NCBI GenBank assembly: GCA_030589165.1
Contig: JAUUWG010000001.1
Span: forward strand, 1-59,778
Length of the DNA stretch: 59,778 bases
From: Desulfobacterales bacterium
GTDB lineage: Bacteria; Desulfobacterota; Desulfobacteria; Desulfobacterales; JAFDHS01
Direction: 5' to 3'
In this document: positions 17,918-28,154 of the stretch, piece after piece
Numbering within the stretch: the first letter of the stretch is position 1
Layout of the letters: the number at the start of each line of letters is the position of its first letter
Notes under the pieces: model-generated
The model's input: only the letters and a program-made list of their open reading frames with translations
What the model was told of the DNA's origin: nothing
The model's database searches: none
Translations under genes and position numbers: made by a program

Positions 17918-20596
17918 TTATCTTTTTTTCTTGCCGTATAAAAAAATCCGGGCCTCATGGGAGAGTTGGGGAAATTTTTTGGGATCAATTAATTTACTCA
18001 ACATGTCTAATTCAAGACGTGATTCCGGATTGGATCTGATCAGTTGCCTTATACTTTTTATGACATAGTCAGGTGCACCGCGAAAACCTGAACCATCGAC
18101 AAACGATTCAAGTCCTTCAACCCATTTTTCTAAAATACCCTCTTCAACCCCCGTATCCATCAAATCCGGATCGGATCTTAAAATGTCCAGCATTTCAAAA
18201 AAAGTTTCCAGCCCTTCTCCAAGACTTTCGACAGGAAATATATCGTCATCATAGTCTTCATAGTCGTCGTCAAACAGATCATCATCGAAATATCCGCCGC
18301 CAAACATATCAAAGTCAAATCTTTCAAGTGCATCTTTCAAAGGGCCTGCCGCATGTTTTGACAGCCTTCTTGATATCGTTCTGAGCTCTTCCTTCACGGG
18401 ACCTTCAGTCTGATCGATGAGATCGTTAAACAGGTCAAAATCAATGATTTCTCCTGTTATATGTCGTATGGCAACAAGATAGAAGTTCAAGACCAGACGT
18501 TGATTTGATGTTGCTTTTTTTATTCTGCGTTGAATCTCTTTCTTTATCACATTAAACGAATCCGGCGCAAAGATAAGATCAAAAAGAGGTATAATCTCTG
18601 AATCATTAAAGTTCTTGAGAATATTCGTACTGTTTTTGAAAAAAACCGGGGCGATTTCTCTGGAAGGCAAAATCGACAAATATTCTTTCTCCAGGGGCAT
18701 AAGGAGTTTCATAATGTCGGATGATGAGAATTCTTTTGCCTTTTTTAATCTGTTGTTAAAAATCTTTTCGATACTTTTTAAAATGTTTTTTTTTGAATCC
18801 ATATCCCGCGTTTTTATGTCCAGGATAAGAAAAGCCAGTATTCTCAGTTGCCGGGTCGGGGAAAGATCTCTAAGTTCATCTTCTATAAGTTTTTTGGCAT
18901 CTTTTTTATGGGTAAGAAGTTGAAATAAAATCAGTTTTTCGATGATAAAAGGAGCAACTTTTTTACTGCCGATTTTTTCAGCTTTTTCAATATCTCGTAT
19001 TACCAGATGGGGGTTGCCACGATTAATATTCTTATCCCCGGATATCAGCAGAGAAAGCTCATGCCGGTCAATGACCCTGTTGTCATGGGGTGCCCGCTTC
19101 ATAGCTTCCGCAAGAATATTTTCCGCTTTCCGGAAGGCATTTTTTTCATAATACAGGGATGCAAGTTCAAGGCAGGGATATGGATCATCCGGAAAGTATT
19201 CGGCCATGGAAGAAAGGATCGTTTCAACTTTATTTTTAGCGGGCCGTGAGAGCCGGGGCAGTGCTGCAAGGAGTTCGTATCCCTTTTTGTTGTACGGATC
19301 GAGCCTGATGCTTTCCAGGGCCATATCGATCAACATTATTTCATTATCGTCAGACGTTATCCCCATAAGCTTCTTGTATCGTTGAAATCCCATACCGTGG
19401 CTGTAACGTTTCAGATTTGTACGTTTCTCATACACATTTTCCACGGCATATTCCAGGATTATGGAACGTGCCATATCTCTTTGCTTTGAATCGGAAAAGT
19501 CATTTTCTAAAACAGAGAGGTATTTCCCAACGGCTGAAAAAGGGTCCGTAAAATTCAAAAGTCGGGTCTTGGCTAACAGAATGGCGGCATGCTCCTTTGG
19601 TAAAAGATCTCTAACCATGGTTTGAAATTGATAATCCGAAATCATCTCCTGGTTCGCCATGTTCCAGATAATCTGAAGAATATGGGACCTTGCCGCCGTG
19701 GGGTCTTGGGGATAAACAGCCTCCGCAAGTCTGCAGATGGATGCTTTTGCCTGATCAAACTTTTTTTGCTCAAGTTCGTAAAGCAGGTCGGCGACATACT
19801 TTTCCTTATTTACGGGGCCGTCCCACAGGCATGAAAGCATGGGTATCGCTCCTGTTTTTTCCATATCTTCATCTTTATCAACCCTGATTTGTTTCAGGCT
19901 TTCCATCACGGGTTTAAGGGGAAAATCATCCGGAATCATTGAAAGTGCTCTTAACATATCCTTGTCGTCTTCCCTGTAGAAAGATACCATGGCCCGGCAA
20001 AACATACGAACATGCGCAAAACAAGAAGATCGGCCTATGGGTTTAAGGGCTTCAAGGGCTTCTTCCCAGTTTCCGCTGTTCATCAACAAAACCGCCTTTT
20101 GGGCTGGTATGGCATCACACCGCAGGGGCAGGGATTCATCAAGTTTATTTAACAATTCCCATTTCCCGCTTGTAAAAAGGCGGTTTGCAAGTAAACGTTC
20201 TGTTTTGGCTGACCGGTCGTTTGCCTGAATGTATTCGGCATATGCATCAAATGCCTCTTTGTTTGGACATGTAGATATATATGCTTCCATGTCGCCTTCA
20301 GAGACTTTTTTAAATTCAGGCATGTATTCGCGAGCCTGTTTCCTTACCGTATCGGCTTCAACGAGCATCCCCTTGTCTCGCAGTTGACTTTCCCGCATAA
20401 GATATGACCTGAAAAGAAAAGCATTTATTTCATCGGAGAAACTACCTCTTTTACCTGCAACCTTAAAAAAGGAGATGGCATCACGGGGTTTTCCTGCCTC
20501 AAGGTTCTCTTTCCCCTTTTCAACAAGCTGATCGAAATTCATATTTTGAAGTTTTTTTTGTGCTTCTTTTCGTTGCTTTTTCTTTTTTGGGGCCAT
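17918..20596 (-). CDS. Large alpha-helical/TPR-like protein, first gene of the Hsp70 operon
   Basis: 892-aa ORF; TPR-like segments (e.g. PYPCLELASLYYEKNAFRKAENILAEAMKRAP); acidic stretch FDDDLFDDDYEDYDDD. Confidence 0.8.
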   Translation of the reverse strand: MAPKKKKQRKEAQKKLQNMNFDQLVEKGKENLEAGKPRDAISFFKVAGKRGSFSDEINAFLFRSYLMRESQLRDKGMLVEADTVRKQAREYMPEFKKVSEGDMEAYISTCPNKEAFDAYAEYIQANDRSAKTERLLANRLFTSGKWELLNKLDESLPLRCDAIPAQKAVLLMNSGNWEEALEALKPIGRSSCFAHVRMFCRAMVSFYREDDKDMLRALSMIPDDFPLKPVMESLKQIRVDKDEDMEKTGAIPMLSCLWDGPVNKEKYVADLLYELEQKKFDQAKASICRLAEAVYPQDPTAARSHILQIIWNMANQEMISDYQFQTMVRDLLPKEHAAILLAKTRLLNFTDPFSAVGKYLSVLENDFSDSKQRDMARSIILEYAVENVYEKRTNLKRYSHGMGFQRYKKLMGITSDDNEIMLIDMALESIRLDPYNKKGYELLAALPRLSRPAKNKVETILSSMAEYFPDDPYPCLELASLYYEKNAFRKAENILAEAMKRAPHDNRVIDRHELSLLISGDKNINRGNPHLVIRDIEKAEKIGSKKVAPFIIEKLILFQLLTHKKDAKKLIEDELRDLSPTRQLRILAFLILDIKTRDMDSKKNILKSIEKIFNNRLKKAKEFSSSDIMKLLMPLEKEYLSILPSREIAPVFFKNSTNILKNFNDSEIIPLFDLIFAPDSFNVIKKEIQRRIKKATSNQRLVLNFYLVAIRHITGEIIDFDLFNDLIDQTEGPVKEELRTISRRLSKHAAGPLKDALERFDFDMFGGGYFDDDLFDDDYEDYDDDIFPVESLGEGLETFFEMLDILRSDPDLMDTGVEEGILEKWVEGLESFVDGSGFRGAPDYVIKSIRQLIRSNPESRLELDMLSKLIDPKKFPQLSHEARIFLYGKKKR

Positions 20597-20842
20597 ATTT
20601 TTTTCTCTTCTGTTTTATCATGATATGAACTTGTAAATAAATTGAACAATCAATATACTGCTTTGGTAATGGCGATGAGCTGATGATAAGATAAAATATA
20701 AATTTTATACTGTATTATCAAGATAATACTAACACATTTTTTAAAAAAATCAAAGAATTGTACAAAATATCCGCTTTTGGTATGCAGCAAAAAAAACAAT
20801 GGATTGATTTTATGTATTTCAAAAATTCAAGCACTAATTTCT

Positions 20843-23800
20843 ATGTCGAACGTTAAGCTTTTTACCGGTAACCGATTGGAAAATCTTTCCGAGGCGTTGG
20901 CCGAGGTTTTAGATAAACCCCTTGCATTTCCCCTGGATGAGGAGGTAATTGTTGTACGGAACAAGGCTATGGAGCAATGGGTATCAATGGAACTTGCCCG
21001 CCATCATGGTATCTGTGCAAACATCAGCTTTTACTCTCCCTATTCCTTTGTTAATGAAATTTTGCGCAAGGTATCCCCCCGGGGTGTTTCCGAAGGCCTT
21101 TCCTTTGATCCCGAGGTAATGACCTGGAAGATCATGAAGGTCCTTCCCACCTTAATTTCGGATAAGAGCTTTGAGAGAATAAGTATTTATCTGGGAAAAA
21201 ACAAAGATGGGAACAGGTGCTTCCAGCTTGCAGAGCGCATTGCCGAGACTTTTTGTCAATATCTTGTTTTTCGTCCTCAAATGATTTTCAGGTGGGAAGA
21301 AGGCAAAGACAACCACTGGCAGGCCAGGCTGTGGAGAGAACTGGTTAAAGGCAATGAAGGCAAGCACCAGGCTGGACTTTTCAAGGCTTTTATTGAAAAA
21401 AATGAAAAAAACCCGCTTCGATCCTCCATGAAGATAGAGGAGGACTTGCCTGAAAGAATTTCGGTTTTCGGTATATCTGCATTGCCGGGCTTTTATATGC
21501 GGGTTTTTGCCGCTATATCCGCCTTTACCCGGATAAATTTGTTTTTCATGTTCCCCTGCAGGGAATATAGGGGCGATTCTCTTTGGGACCAGGACAAAGT
21601 GCCCGGAACTGCAGAGAATAAAAAACAAAGCGGTTCTGAAAAATCTTTGCATCAGGATTATTCATACCTTGAGCCGGGAAACAGCCTGTTTGCATCTATG
21701 GGTACCCAGGGCGGAGAATTTTTTGATCTGGTCAATGGGTTTGACTGGGATCGAATCGAAATTTTCAATGATTCTGACCGGAAAACTCTGCTTGAATGTA
21801 TTCAATCCGATATTCTGAATCTCACGGAGAGCTGCCGGCGATCAAACGGTAAAACGATTGTTGAAAAGAACGACGTCTCAATACAGGTACACTCATGCCA
21901 TGGTCCCATGCGGGAGATCGAGGTCCTGCAGGATAGACTTCTTGCAATGTTTGAAAATAATCCTGACTTGAAGCCGGGAGATATCCTGGTTATGACGCCG
22001 GATATTGAAACCTATGCTCCCTACATTCAATCCGTCTTTGATCTGCCTTTTTCCGATTCAAGACGGATTCCTTTCTGTATTGCGGATCCAAGTGCCCAGG
22101 CGGAACACCGTATTATTGACAACTTTTTTGCTCTTTTGGATTTTGCGGGAGGCCGGTTTGAAGTATCCGGGGTATTATCTCTTCTTGAATCACGGCATAT
22201 ACGGGAAAAGTTCGGTTTATCTGAAAAAGATTTTGAGCTTATCGAAAAATGGGTCAGTGAAACGCGGATCAGATGGGGAATCGATGGACAAAGCCGCAGG
22301 AATTTTGGGCTGCCGGGTATTGAGGAGAATACTTGGAAAGCGGGTTTCTCAAGGCTTTTGCTGGGTTATGCTATGCCCGGACGGCAAAAACATATGTTTT
22401 CCGGCATACTCCCTTATGATGATATGGAGGGGGACGAAGCCGAAGTGCTGGGAAAATTTGTTGAATTTGTAAATCAGATTTTTTCCTCTGCAAAATCTCT
22501 TGAACAAAAACAAATGCCGGGTGAATGGTCTGATATCCTGACGGGTCTTCTTGAAAATTTTTTTGAATCGGATGAGAATACGACCAATGAAAATACAAGC
22601 CGGGAAATAGGCTTAATCCGCCGCACGTTAAGCAGTTTGCGCAACATATCCGATTTGTCGGGTTTTGATGAAAAGATTGATTTGAATCTTATCAAAAATT
22701 ATTTGAGACAAAAGTTTGAAAAACAAGGATTCGGTTTTGGTTTTATTCCCGGCAGCGTGACATTTTGCGCAATGTCGTCCATGGGGGGTATTCCCTTTAA
22801 GGTTATCTGCCTTGTCGGTATGGATAGTGGTGCTTATCCGGGGGAGTCAAAACCCCACGGTTTTGATCTTATGGCGATGAATCCCGAACCGGGTGATCCT
22901 TCCCGCCGGAATGACGACCGTTATGTTTTTCTTGAGACCCTTTTGTCAGCCATGCAGAAACTTTATATCAGTTACATAGGGCAGAGCATTCGGGACAACA
23001 GTGTTATCCCTCCTTCCGTGCTGGTTGGTGAAATCATGGATTACATTGAAGAGAATTTTGAGATTCCCGGCATCAATATTCGCCGACACATGGTTACAAA
23101 ACACCGTCTTCAGGCGTTCAGTCCGGTGTACTTTAAGGGCAGTGCAGGGCCGGGTAATTCAGGCAATGATCCGGATAGGGATGAAAAGCTTTTCAGCTAT
23201 TGCCTGGAAAACTTTCAGACGGCCCGGAGCATTGGTCATGACCGGGAGCATCAGGTGCCTTTTGTCGCCGGTGGTCTTAAGGAACCTGAAGATGAATTCA
23301 AAAGGGTTGATCTGGTGGAACTTTGCCGTTTTTTCAGCAATCCGGCAAAGTTTTTGATTAATAAGCGTCTTGGATTTTCTCTTGAACAAGGGACTTTGAT
23401 TCCTGAAGAAAGAGAGGCATTTGAAATAAAAGGACTTGAGAAGTATGTGCTTGAACAGATGCTTATGGAGAAAAGACTTGAAGGAGAGAGTTTAAAAGAA
23501 TTTCAAGCCTCAGCAATAGCTGCAGGCCGGCTTCCCCATGGAACCATGGGGGAATGCGTGTTTGATCGTCTGGCATGGGGGGTTGATCGGTTTGCCCATT
23601 GGATAAAAGGGTATAGGCATGGGAACCCCTTGGAGCCTGTTGAGGTGGACCTTGATTTGTCGGGTTTCAGGTTGACCGGCAGAATAAATCCCGTTTATCC
23701 TGAGAGATTAATCCATTACCGGTATGCAAAGGTAAAAGCAAAAGATATTCTCAGGATATGGATTCATCACCTGGTGCTGAACTGCATGGATACAAAAAAC

Positions 23801-24220
23801 CTTAAAACAGGCGACTACCCTGAAACCAGCCTGCTTGCGGGCCTTAAGCCAGACGGCCGGGGTGAACCCGTCTTTGCCGCCTGGGAATATCCGCCTGTAA
23901 AAGAGAGCAGACAGATCCTTGAAAATCTGCTTGAAAAATACCGCCGGGGACTGGTAAGGCCCCTTTCATTCTTTCCGGAATCCTCCATGAAATACGCCCG
24001 GCTGGTCATTGAAAAAAACAAGCCCGCCCAAGAGGCTCTTCGAGGTGCTGAAAAAATCTGGAAGGGAAATGATCACCAGCAGGGAGAATGCAGCGACTTG
24101 TATTATCAGCGTTGCTTCGGCAATACGGAGCCGTTGGATTCAAATTTTGAAAAAATTGCCATTGAGATTTTCAGCCCCATATTAAGGAATCAGAAGGAGC
24201 TGGATAAACCGGGAAAGTGA
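20843..24220 (+). CDS. recC: Exodeoxyribonuclease V gamma subunit
   Basis: NRLENL, RISVFGISALP, HSCHGPMREIEVL, ILVMTPDIETYAP, DRYVFLE, LYISY, HRLQAFS. Confidence 0.95.
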   Translation: MSNVKLFTGNRLENLSEALAEVLDKPLAFPLDEEVIVVRNKAMEQWVSMELARHHGICANISFYSPYSFVNEILRKVSPRGVSEGLSFDPEVMTWKIMKVLPTLISDKSFERISIYLGKNKDGNRCFQLAERIAETFCQYLVFRPQMIFRWEEGKDNHWQARLWRELVKGNEGKHQAGLFKAFIEKNEKNPLRSSMKIEEDLPERISVFGISALPGFYMRVFAAISAFTRINLFFMFPCREYRGDSLWDQDKVPGTAENKKQSGSEKSLHQDYSYLEPGNSLFASMGTQGGEFFDLVNGFDWDRIEIFNDSDRKTLLECIQSDILNLTESCRRSNGKTIVEKNDVSIQVHSCHGPMREIEVLQDRLLAMFENNPDLKPGDILVMTPDIETYAPYIQSVFDLPFSDSRRIPFCIADPSAQAEHRIIDNFFALLDFAGGRFEVSGVLSLLESRHIREKFGLSEKDFELIEKWVSETRIRWGIDGQSRRNFGLPGIEENTWKAGFSRLLLGYAMPGRQKHMFSGILPYDDMEGDEAEVLGKFVEFVNQIFSSAKSLEQKQMPGEWSDILTGLLENFFESDENTTNENTSREIGLIRRTLSSLRNISDLSGFDEKIDLNLIKNYLRQKFEKQGFGFGFIPGSVTFCAMSSMGGIPFKVICLVGMDSGAYPGESKPHGFDLMAMNPEPGDPSRRNDDRYVFLETLLSAMQKLYISYIGQSIRDNSVIPPSVLVGEIMDYIEENFEIPGINIRRHMVTKHRLQAFSPVYFKGSAGPGNSGNDPDRDEKLFSYCLENFQTARSIGHDREHQVPFVAGGLKEPEDEFKRVDLVELCRFFSNPAKFLINKRLGFSLEQGTLIPEEREAFEIKGLEKYVLEQMLMEKRLEGESLKEFQASAIAAGRLPHGTMGECVFDRLAWGVDRFAHWIKGYRHGNPLEPVEVDLDLSGFRLTGRINPVYPERLIHYRYAKVKAKDILRIWIHHLVLNCMDTKNLKTGDYPETSLLAGLKPDGRGEPVFAAWEYPPVKESRQILENLLEKYRRGLVRPLSFFPESSMKYARLVIEKNKPAQEALRGAEKIWKGNDHQQGECSDLYYQRCFGNTEPLDSNFEKIAIEIFSPILRNQKELDKPGK

Positions 24221-24351
24221 GCTAAAGTGAGCTAAAATTTGAAGTGAGCTAAAGTTAATGAGTCGCTTCGCTCCGTTTTTTTATATATAAAATTGATCCA
24301 ATTCCTCGACTTTAGGCACTTTAGATCACTTTAGTCACTTCACACTTTTTT
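24202..24351. repeat. Family A element copy with adjacent GGATAAACCGG motif; supplies the recC stop codon
   Basis: AAAGTGAGCT units, core TCGCTTCGCTCCG, right arm ACTTTAGGCACTTTAGATCACTTTAGTCACTTCACACTTT. Confidence 0.9.
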
Positions 24352-24370
24352 AAGAAACTAACTATAAAAT

Positions 24371-27300
24371 ATGCCGGAAAATAATTTTGATCTTTTAAAC
24401 AGTCCTCTTGATGGCACGAACCTGATTGAAGCAAGTGCGGGCACGGGGAAGACATTCACCATTACCGGGCTTTTCCTCCGACTGCTTCTGGAAAAAGGTC
24501 TCTTGGTCGAGAATATACTTGTGGTCACTTTTACCGACGCTGCAACACAGGAGTTGAAAGAGAGAATCCGAACGCAGCTGCGGCAGGCAATTGAGGCATT
24601 TTCCAAAGGAGAGAGTGAAGATCTGTTCCTGAGCGGTCTTGTGAAGCGAGATGCTGATACAAAGCGTGCATTAAAATCCTTAAGGGATGCGGTCCGGTCT
24701 TTTGATCAGGCTGCGATATTTACCATACACGGATTTTGCAGGAGAATGCTTATTGAAAATGCCTTTGAAAGCGGATCGCTTTTTGACACCGAACTGATTA
24801 CCAACCAGGAGGATTTAATAAGAAAAATCGTTGATGATTTCTGGCGGAAACATTTTTACGAGCAGTCCGTCTTGTTTCTTAATTATGTTATGGCAAAGAA
24901 ATTAAGTCCGGAAAATTTTTCTTCTCTTTTAAGGGAAGCTTTTCAGCCGGATCTAAAGGTCATCCCGGAACTCGACCCCCCTGATTCGTCTGATACGTTA
25001 GAAAAAGATTTCAGGAAAGCTTACGAAGCGGTTTCAACGTCCTGGGAATTAAACCGGACGGATGTTGAAAACATTCTTATCAGCCATAAGGGATTGAATC
25101 GGACGAGGTACAAAAAAGCAAATATCCCGGTCTGGATCAGCCGCATGGACGACTATCTGGCATCCCAACATAACAACGTGGTATTGTTCAGCGGGTTTGA
25201 AAAATTTACTTCAAGTCTACTTCAAGGCTCCGTAAAGAAAAATCATACTGCCCCGGATCATCCGTTTTTTGATTGCTGTGAAGCGTTAAAAGAATCGAGT
25301 GAACGGCTGGTGAAGCTTTTTCAGGACCGCATCACGGCTTTAAAGAAAAAACTCTTTGTCTATGTGCAGAATGAGCTGGCAGTAAAAAAACAAGAGAAGA
25401 ATGTCCAGTATTTTGACGATCTTTTACTCAAACTCCATACGGCATTGAATAATAAGTGCGGAGAAAGGCTTGCCGATGAGATAAGAAAGAGATTCAAGGC
25501 TGCCCTGATAGACGAATTCCAGGATACCGATCCGGTTCAATATGCCATATTCAATACGGTTTTCGCCAGGGCAGACAACAGCATCCTGTTTCTGATCGGT
25601 GATCCGAAACAGGCCATATACGGGTTCAGAGGCGCTGATATCTTTGCCTACATGGATGCGGCAAAGCATGTGACATCAAGATACACCCTGAAGACGAACT
25701 GGCGTTCCGATCCACGGCTCGTTGAGGCCATAAACACCCTGTTTGAAAACGCGGATACCCCCTTTGTTTATCGTGAAATTCCGTTTTATCCGGCTCTGGG
25801 GACACAAAGGGAAGGGTTTGAATCTTTAAGGATAAACGGAAAAGAGGAGCTGCCGTTGCAACTGTGGTATCTTGATGCCGGTAAAATTACGGGGCAGGGG
25901 AAACCTCTCTCCAAAAGCGTGGCAAGGGACCGGATTGTCATGGCTGTTTTAGCTCAGATTTCCAGGCTTTTAAATCTTGGGGTTCAGGGCAAGGCGTCTC
26001 TTGGGGACAGACCGTTGAAACAGGGAGATATCGCCGTCCTGGTGAGGAGAAACGCTGAGGCGGACAAGATTCGGAAAGCCTTGACGGATTTAAATATTAA
26101 CAGTGTCGTTTACAGTACGGAAAACATTTTTGATTCTCTGGAAGCCCTTGAGATGGAAATCCTCCTTTCCGGTATTTTAAATCCCGGTAATGAGGCACGC
26201 CTTAAGGCCGTTCTTGCAACGGACATGATGGGGCTTTCAGGAGAAGATCTGGAAAGTCTGACGGAGGATGAAATTGCATGGGAAGAATGGCTGGTTAAAT
26301 TTAAGGAATATCATGACGTGTGGAGTGGACACGGCTTTATAAGGATGTTCAAGCATTTAATACAAAATGAAAAGATTCTGGGTCGTCTGATGGCTTTTTC
26401 CGATGGGGAGAGACGGAGTACCAACCTTTTGCATCTTTCGGAAATTCTTCATCAGACCGGCATTGAAAAAAAAATGGGCATGCCGGATCTTTTAAAGTGG
26501 CTCTCCCGGCAACGAGATCCTGGTTCGCCGCGGCTTGAGGAACACCAGCTTCGTCTTGAAAGTGACGAGGATGCCGTGAAAATCGTAACCATGCACAAAA
26601 GCAAGGGGATGGAGTATCCTGTTGTATTTTGTCCCTTCACATGGAGCAGCTCAAGGATAACAGGGAGAAAAGACCATTTTACATTCCACGATGAACACGA
26701 AAACATGAGGCTGACCCTTGATATCGGTTCTGACAATATGGACAAAAACATCAGCTTTGCCGAAAGGGAATTGCTGGCGGAGAACCTGCGTCTGATGTAT
26801 GTTGCTTTAACACGGGCAAAAAACAGATGTTATCTGGTCTGGGGTCGTTTTAACGAGGCTGAGTCCTCTGCCCCGGCGTACCTTTTTCATCAGGCTCAAT
26901 CAGAAGATGCGGAAGATAGGGTCGGCTCTACATGTCAAAGGTTTAAAACCTTAAGCGACCAGGATCTGCTAAAGGAATTGAATTTTATCAAAGACAAGTC
27001 CCATGGGAGCATAATCGTCTCTGAATTGCCTGAAGATCAGGGAGAAAAATATCTGCAGCCCTGGGAGAATACCGGAGAATTGATCTGCCGTGAATTTTCC
27101 GGAAAAATAGATCAAACCTTTCGTATTTCAAGCTTTTCGTCCCTGGTCTCCAGACGACCTCAGCTATATGAACCGACGGATTATGACGAAAAACTCCAAA
27201 TCAACGGTTCTGATCGTGATGCATTTGAAATTCCTTCCGGCAGGGAGGAACTCGAAGGTATTTTCTCTTTTCCAAGAGGGGCAAGGGCAGGAACTTTTAT

Positions 27301-27991
27301 GCACGATATATTTGAACATCTTGACTTTACCCAAAAAGATACCCCCCTTATGGAAAATCTGGTGGCTGCTAAACTTGAGGAACACGGCTTTGAGGCTTCG
27401 TGGAAGGGAATTGTTTGTGACATGATCCAAAATGTACTCTCGGTTTCCCTTGAACCGGACAACAAGGGGTTTACCCTGTCCTGTGTCCGGAGTAATGAGC
27501 GGTTAAATGAAATGGAGTTTTATTTCCCTTTAAAATTGATCACACCCAAAAAGCTGAAAAACATATTCGCAAAATACGCAGGATTCAATCTGTCAAAAGT
27601 TTTTCCTGATCGTATTGAAAAGCTTGACTTTGAACCTGTCAAAGGGTTTATGAGAGGATTTGTGGATCTGATTTTCAAGTTTGCCGACAGGTTTTATATT
27701 GTGGACTGGAAATCTAATTTTCTCGGGGGCAGGGGAGCCGATTATAACCAAAACGCCATGAACAAAGCCATGGCGGATGAATTTTATATCCTGCAGTATC
27801 ACATATATGCCGCCGCTCTGAACAGATATCTCCACAAGCGTCTGCCCGGCTACACCTATGAAAAACATTTCGGGGGGGTGTATTACATATTTTTGCGGGG
27901 AGTGGATTCGGACAAAGGCCCGGATTACGGCATCTACAGGGCCAGACCCCCGGTCGGATTAATAAATGAGTTATGTGAAGGGCTGATTTAG
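24371..27991 (+). CDS. recB: Exodeoxyribonuclease V beta subunit
   Basis: EASAGTGKT, DEFQDTD, GDPKQAIY, TMHKSKGMEY, YVALTRA; C-terminal nuclease GFVDL...DWKSN, QYHIY. Confidence 0.97.
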   Translation: MPENNFDLLNSPLDGTNLIEASAGTGKTFTITGLFLRLLLEKGLLVENILVVTFTDAATQELKERIRTQLRQAIEAFSKGESEDLFLSGLVKRDADTKRALKSLRDAVRSFDQAAIFTIHGFCRRMLIENAFESGSLFDTELITNQEDLIRKIVDDFWRKHFYEQSVLFLNYVMAKKLSPENFSSLLREAFQPDLKVIPELDPPDSSDTLEKDFRKAYEAVSTSWELNRTDVENILISHKGLNRTRYKKANIPVWISRMDDYLASQHNNVVLFSGFEKFTSSLLQGSVKKNHTAPDHPFFDCCEALKESSERLVKLFQDRITALKKKLFVYVQNELAVKKQEKNVQYFDDLLLKLHTALNNKCGERLADEIRKRFKAALIDEFQDTDPVQYAIFNTVFARADNSILFLIGDPKQAIYGFRGADIFAYMDAAKHVTSRYTLKTNWRSDPRLVEAINTLFENADTPFVYREIPFYPALGTQREGFESLRINGKEELPLQLWYLDAGKITGQGKPLSKSVARDRIVMAVLAQISRLLNLGVQGKASLGDRPLKQGDIAVLVRRNAEADKIRKALTDLNINSVVYSTENIFDSLEALEMEILLSGILNPGNEARLKAVLATDMMGLSGEDLESLTEDEIAWEEWLVKFKEYHDVWSGHGFIRMFKHLIQNEKILGRLMAFSDGERRSTNLLHLSEILHQTGIEKKMGMPDLLKWLSRQRDPGSPRLEEHQLRLESDEDAVKIVTMHKSKGMEYPVVFCPFTWSSSRITGRKDHFTFHDEHENMRLTLDIGSDNMDKNISFAERELLAENLRLMYVALTRAKNRCYLVWGRFNEAESSAPAYLFHQAQSEDAEDRVGSTCQRFKTLSDQDLLKELNFIKDKSHGSIIVSELPEDQGEKYLQPWENTGELICREFSGKIDQTFRISSFSSLVSRRPQLYEPTDYDEKLQINGSDRDAFEIPSGREELEGIFSFPRGARAGTFMHDIFEHLDFTQKDTPLMENLVAAKLEEHGFEASWKGIVCDMIQNVLSVSLEPDNKGFTLSCVRSNERLNEMEFYFPLKLITPKKLKNIFAKYAGFNLSKVFPDRIEKLDFEPVKGFMRGFVDLIFKFADRFYIVDWKSNFLGGRGADYNQNAMNKAMADEFYILQYHIYAAALNRYLHKRLPGYTYEKHFGGVYYIFLRGVDSDKGPDYGIYRARPPVGLINELCEGLI

Positions 27992-28044
27992 TCTCTTAAT
28001 TCTGAAATTTGTGCTTTTTATAGCAAAAAAAAACAATTCTTTCC

Positions 28045-28114
28045 GCCACCAAGACACAAAGACACGAAGAATATAATCTAAAAATATTACTTTGTGCCTT
28101 CGTGACTTTGTAGC
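28045..28114. repeat. Short palindromic element with CAC(A/G)AAG tandem arms
   Basis: GCCACCAAGACACAAAGACACGAAG...CTTTGTGCCTTCGTGACTTTGTAGC. Confidence 0.7.
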
Positions 28115-28154
28115 AAATAACGTTGGTTCCGGTTTATCCGGTCAGGAATAAATC

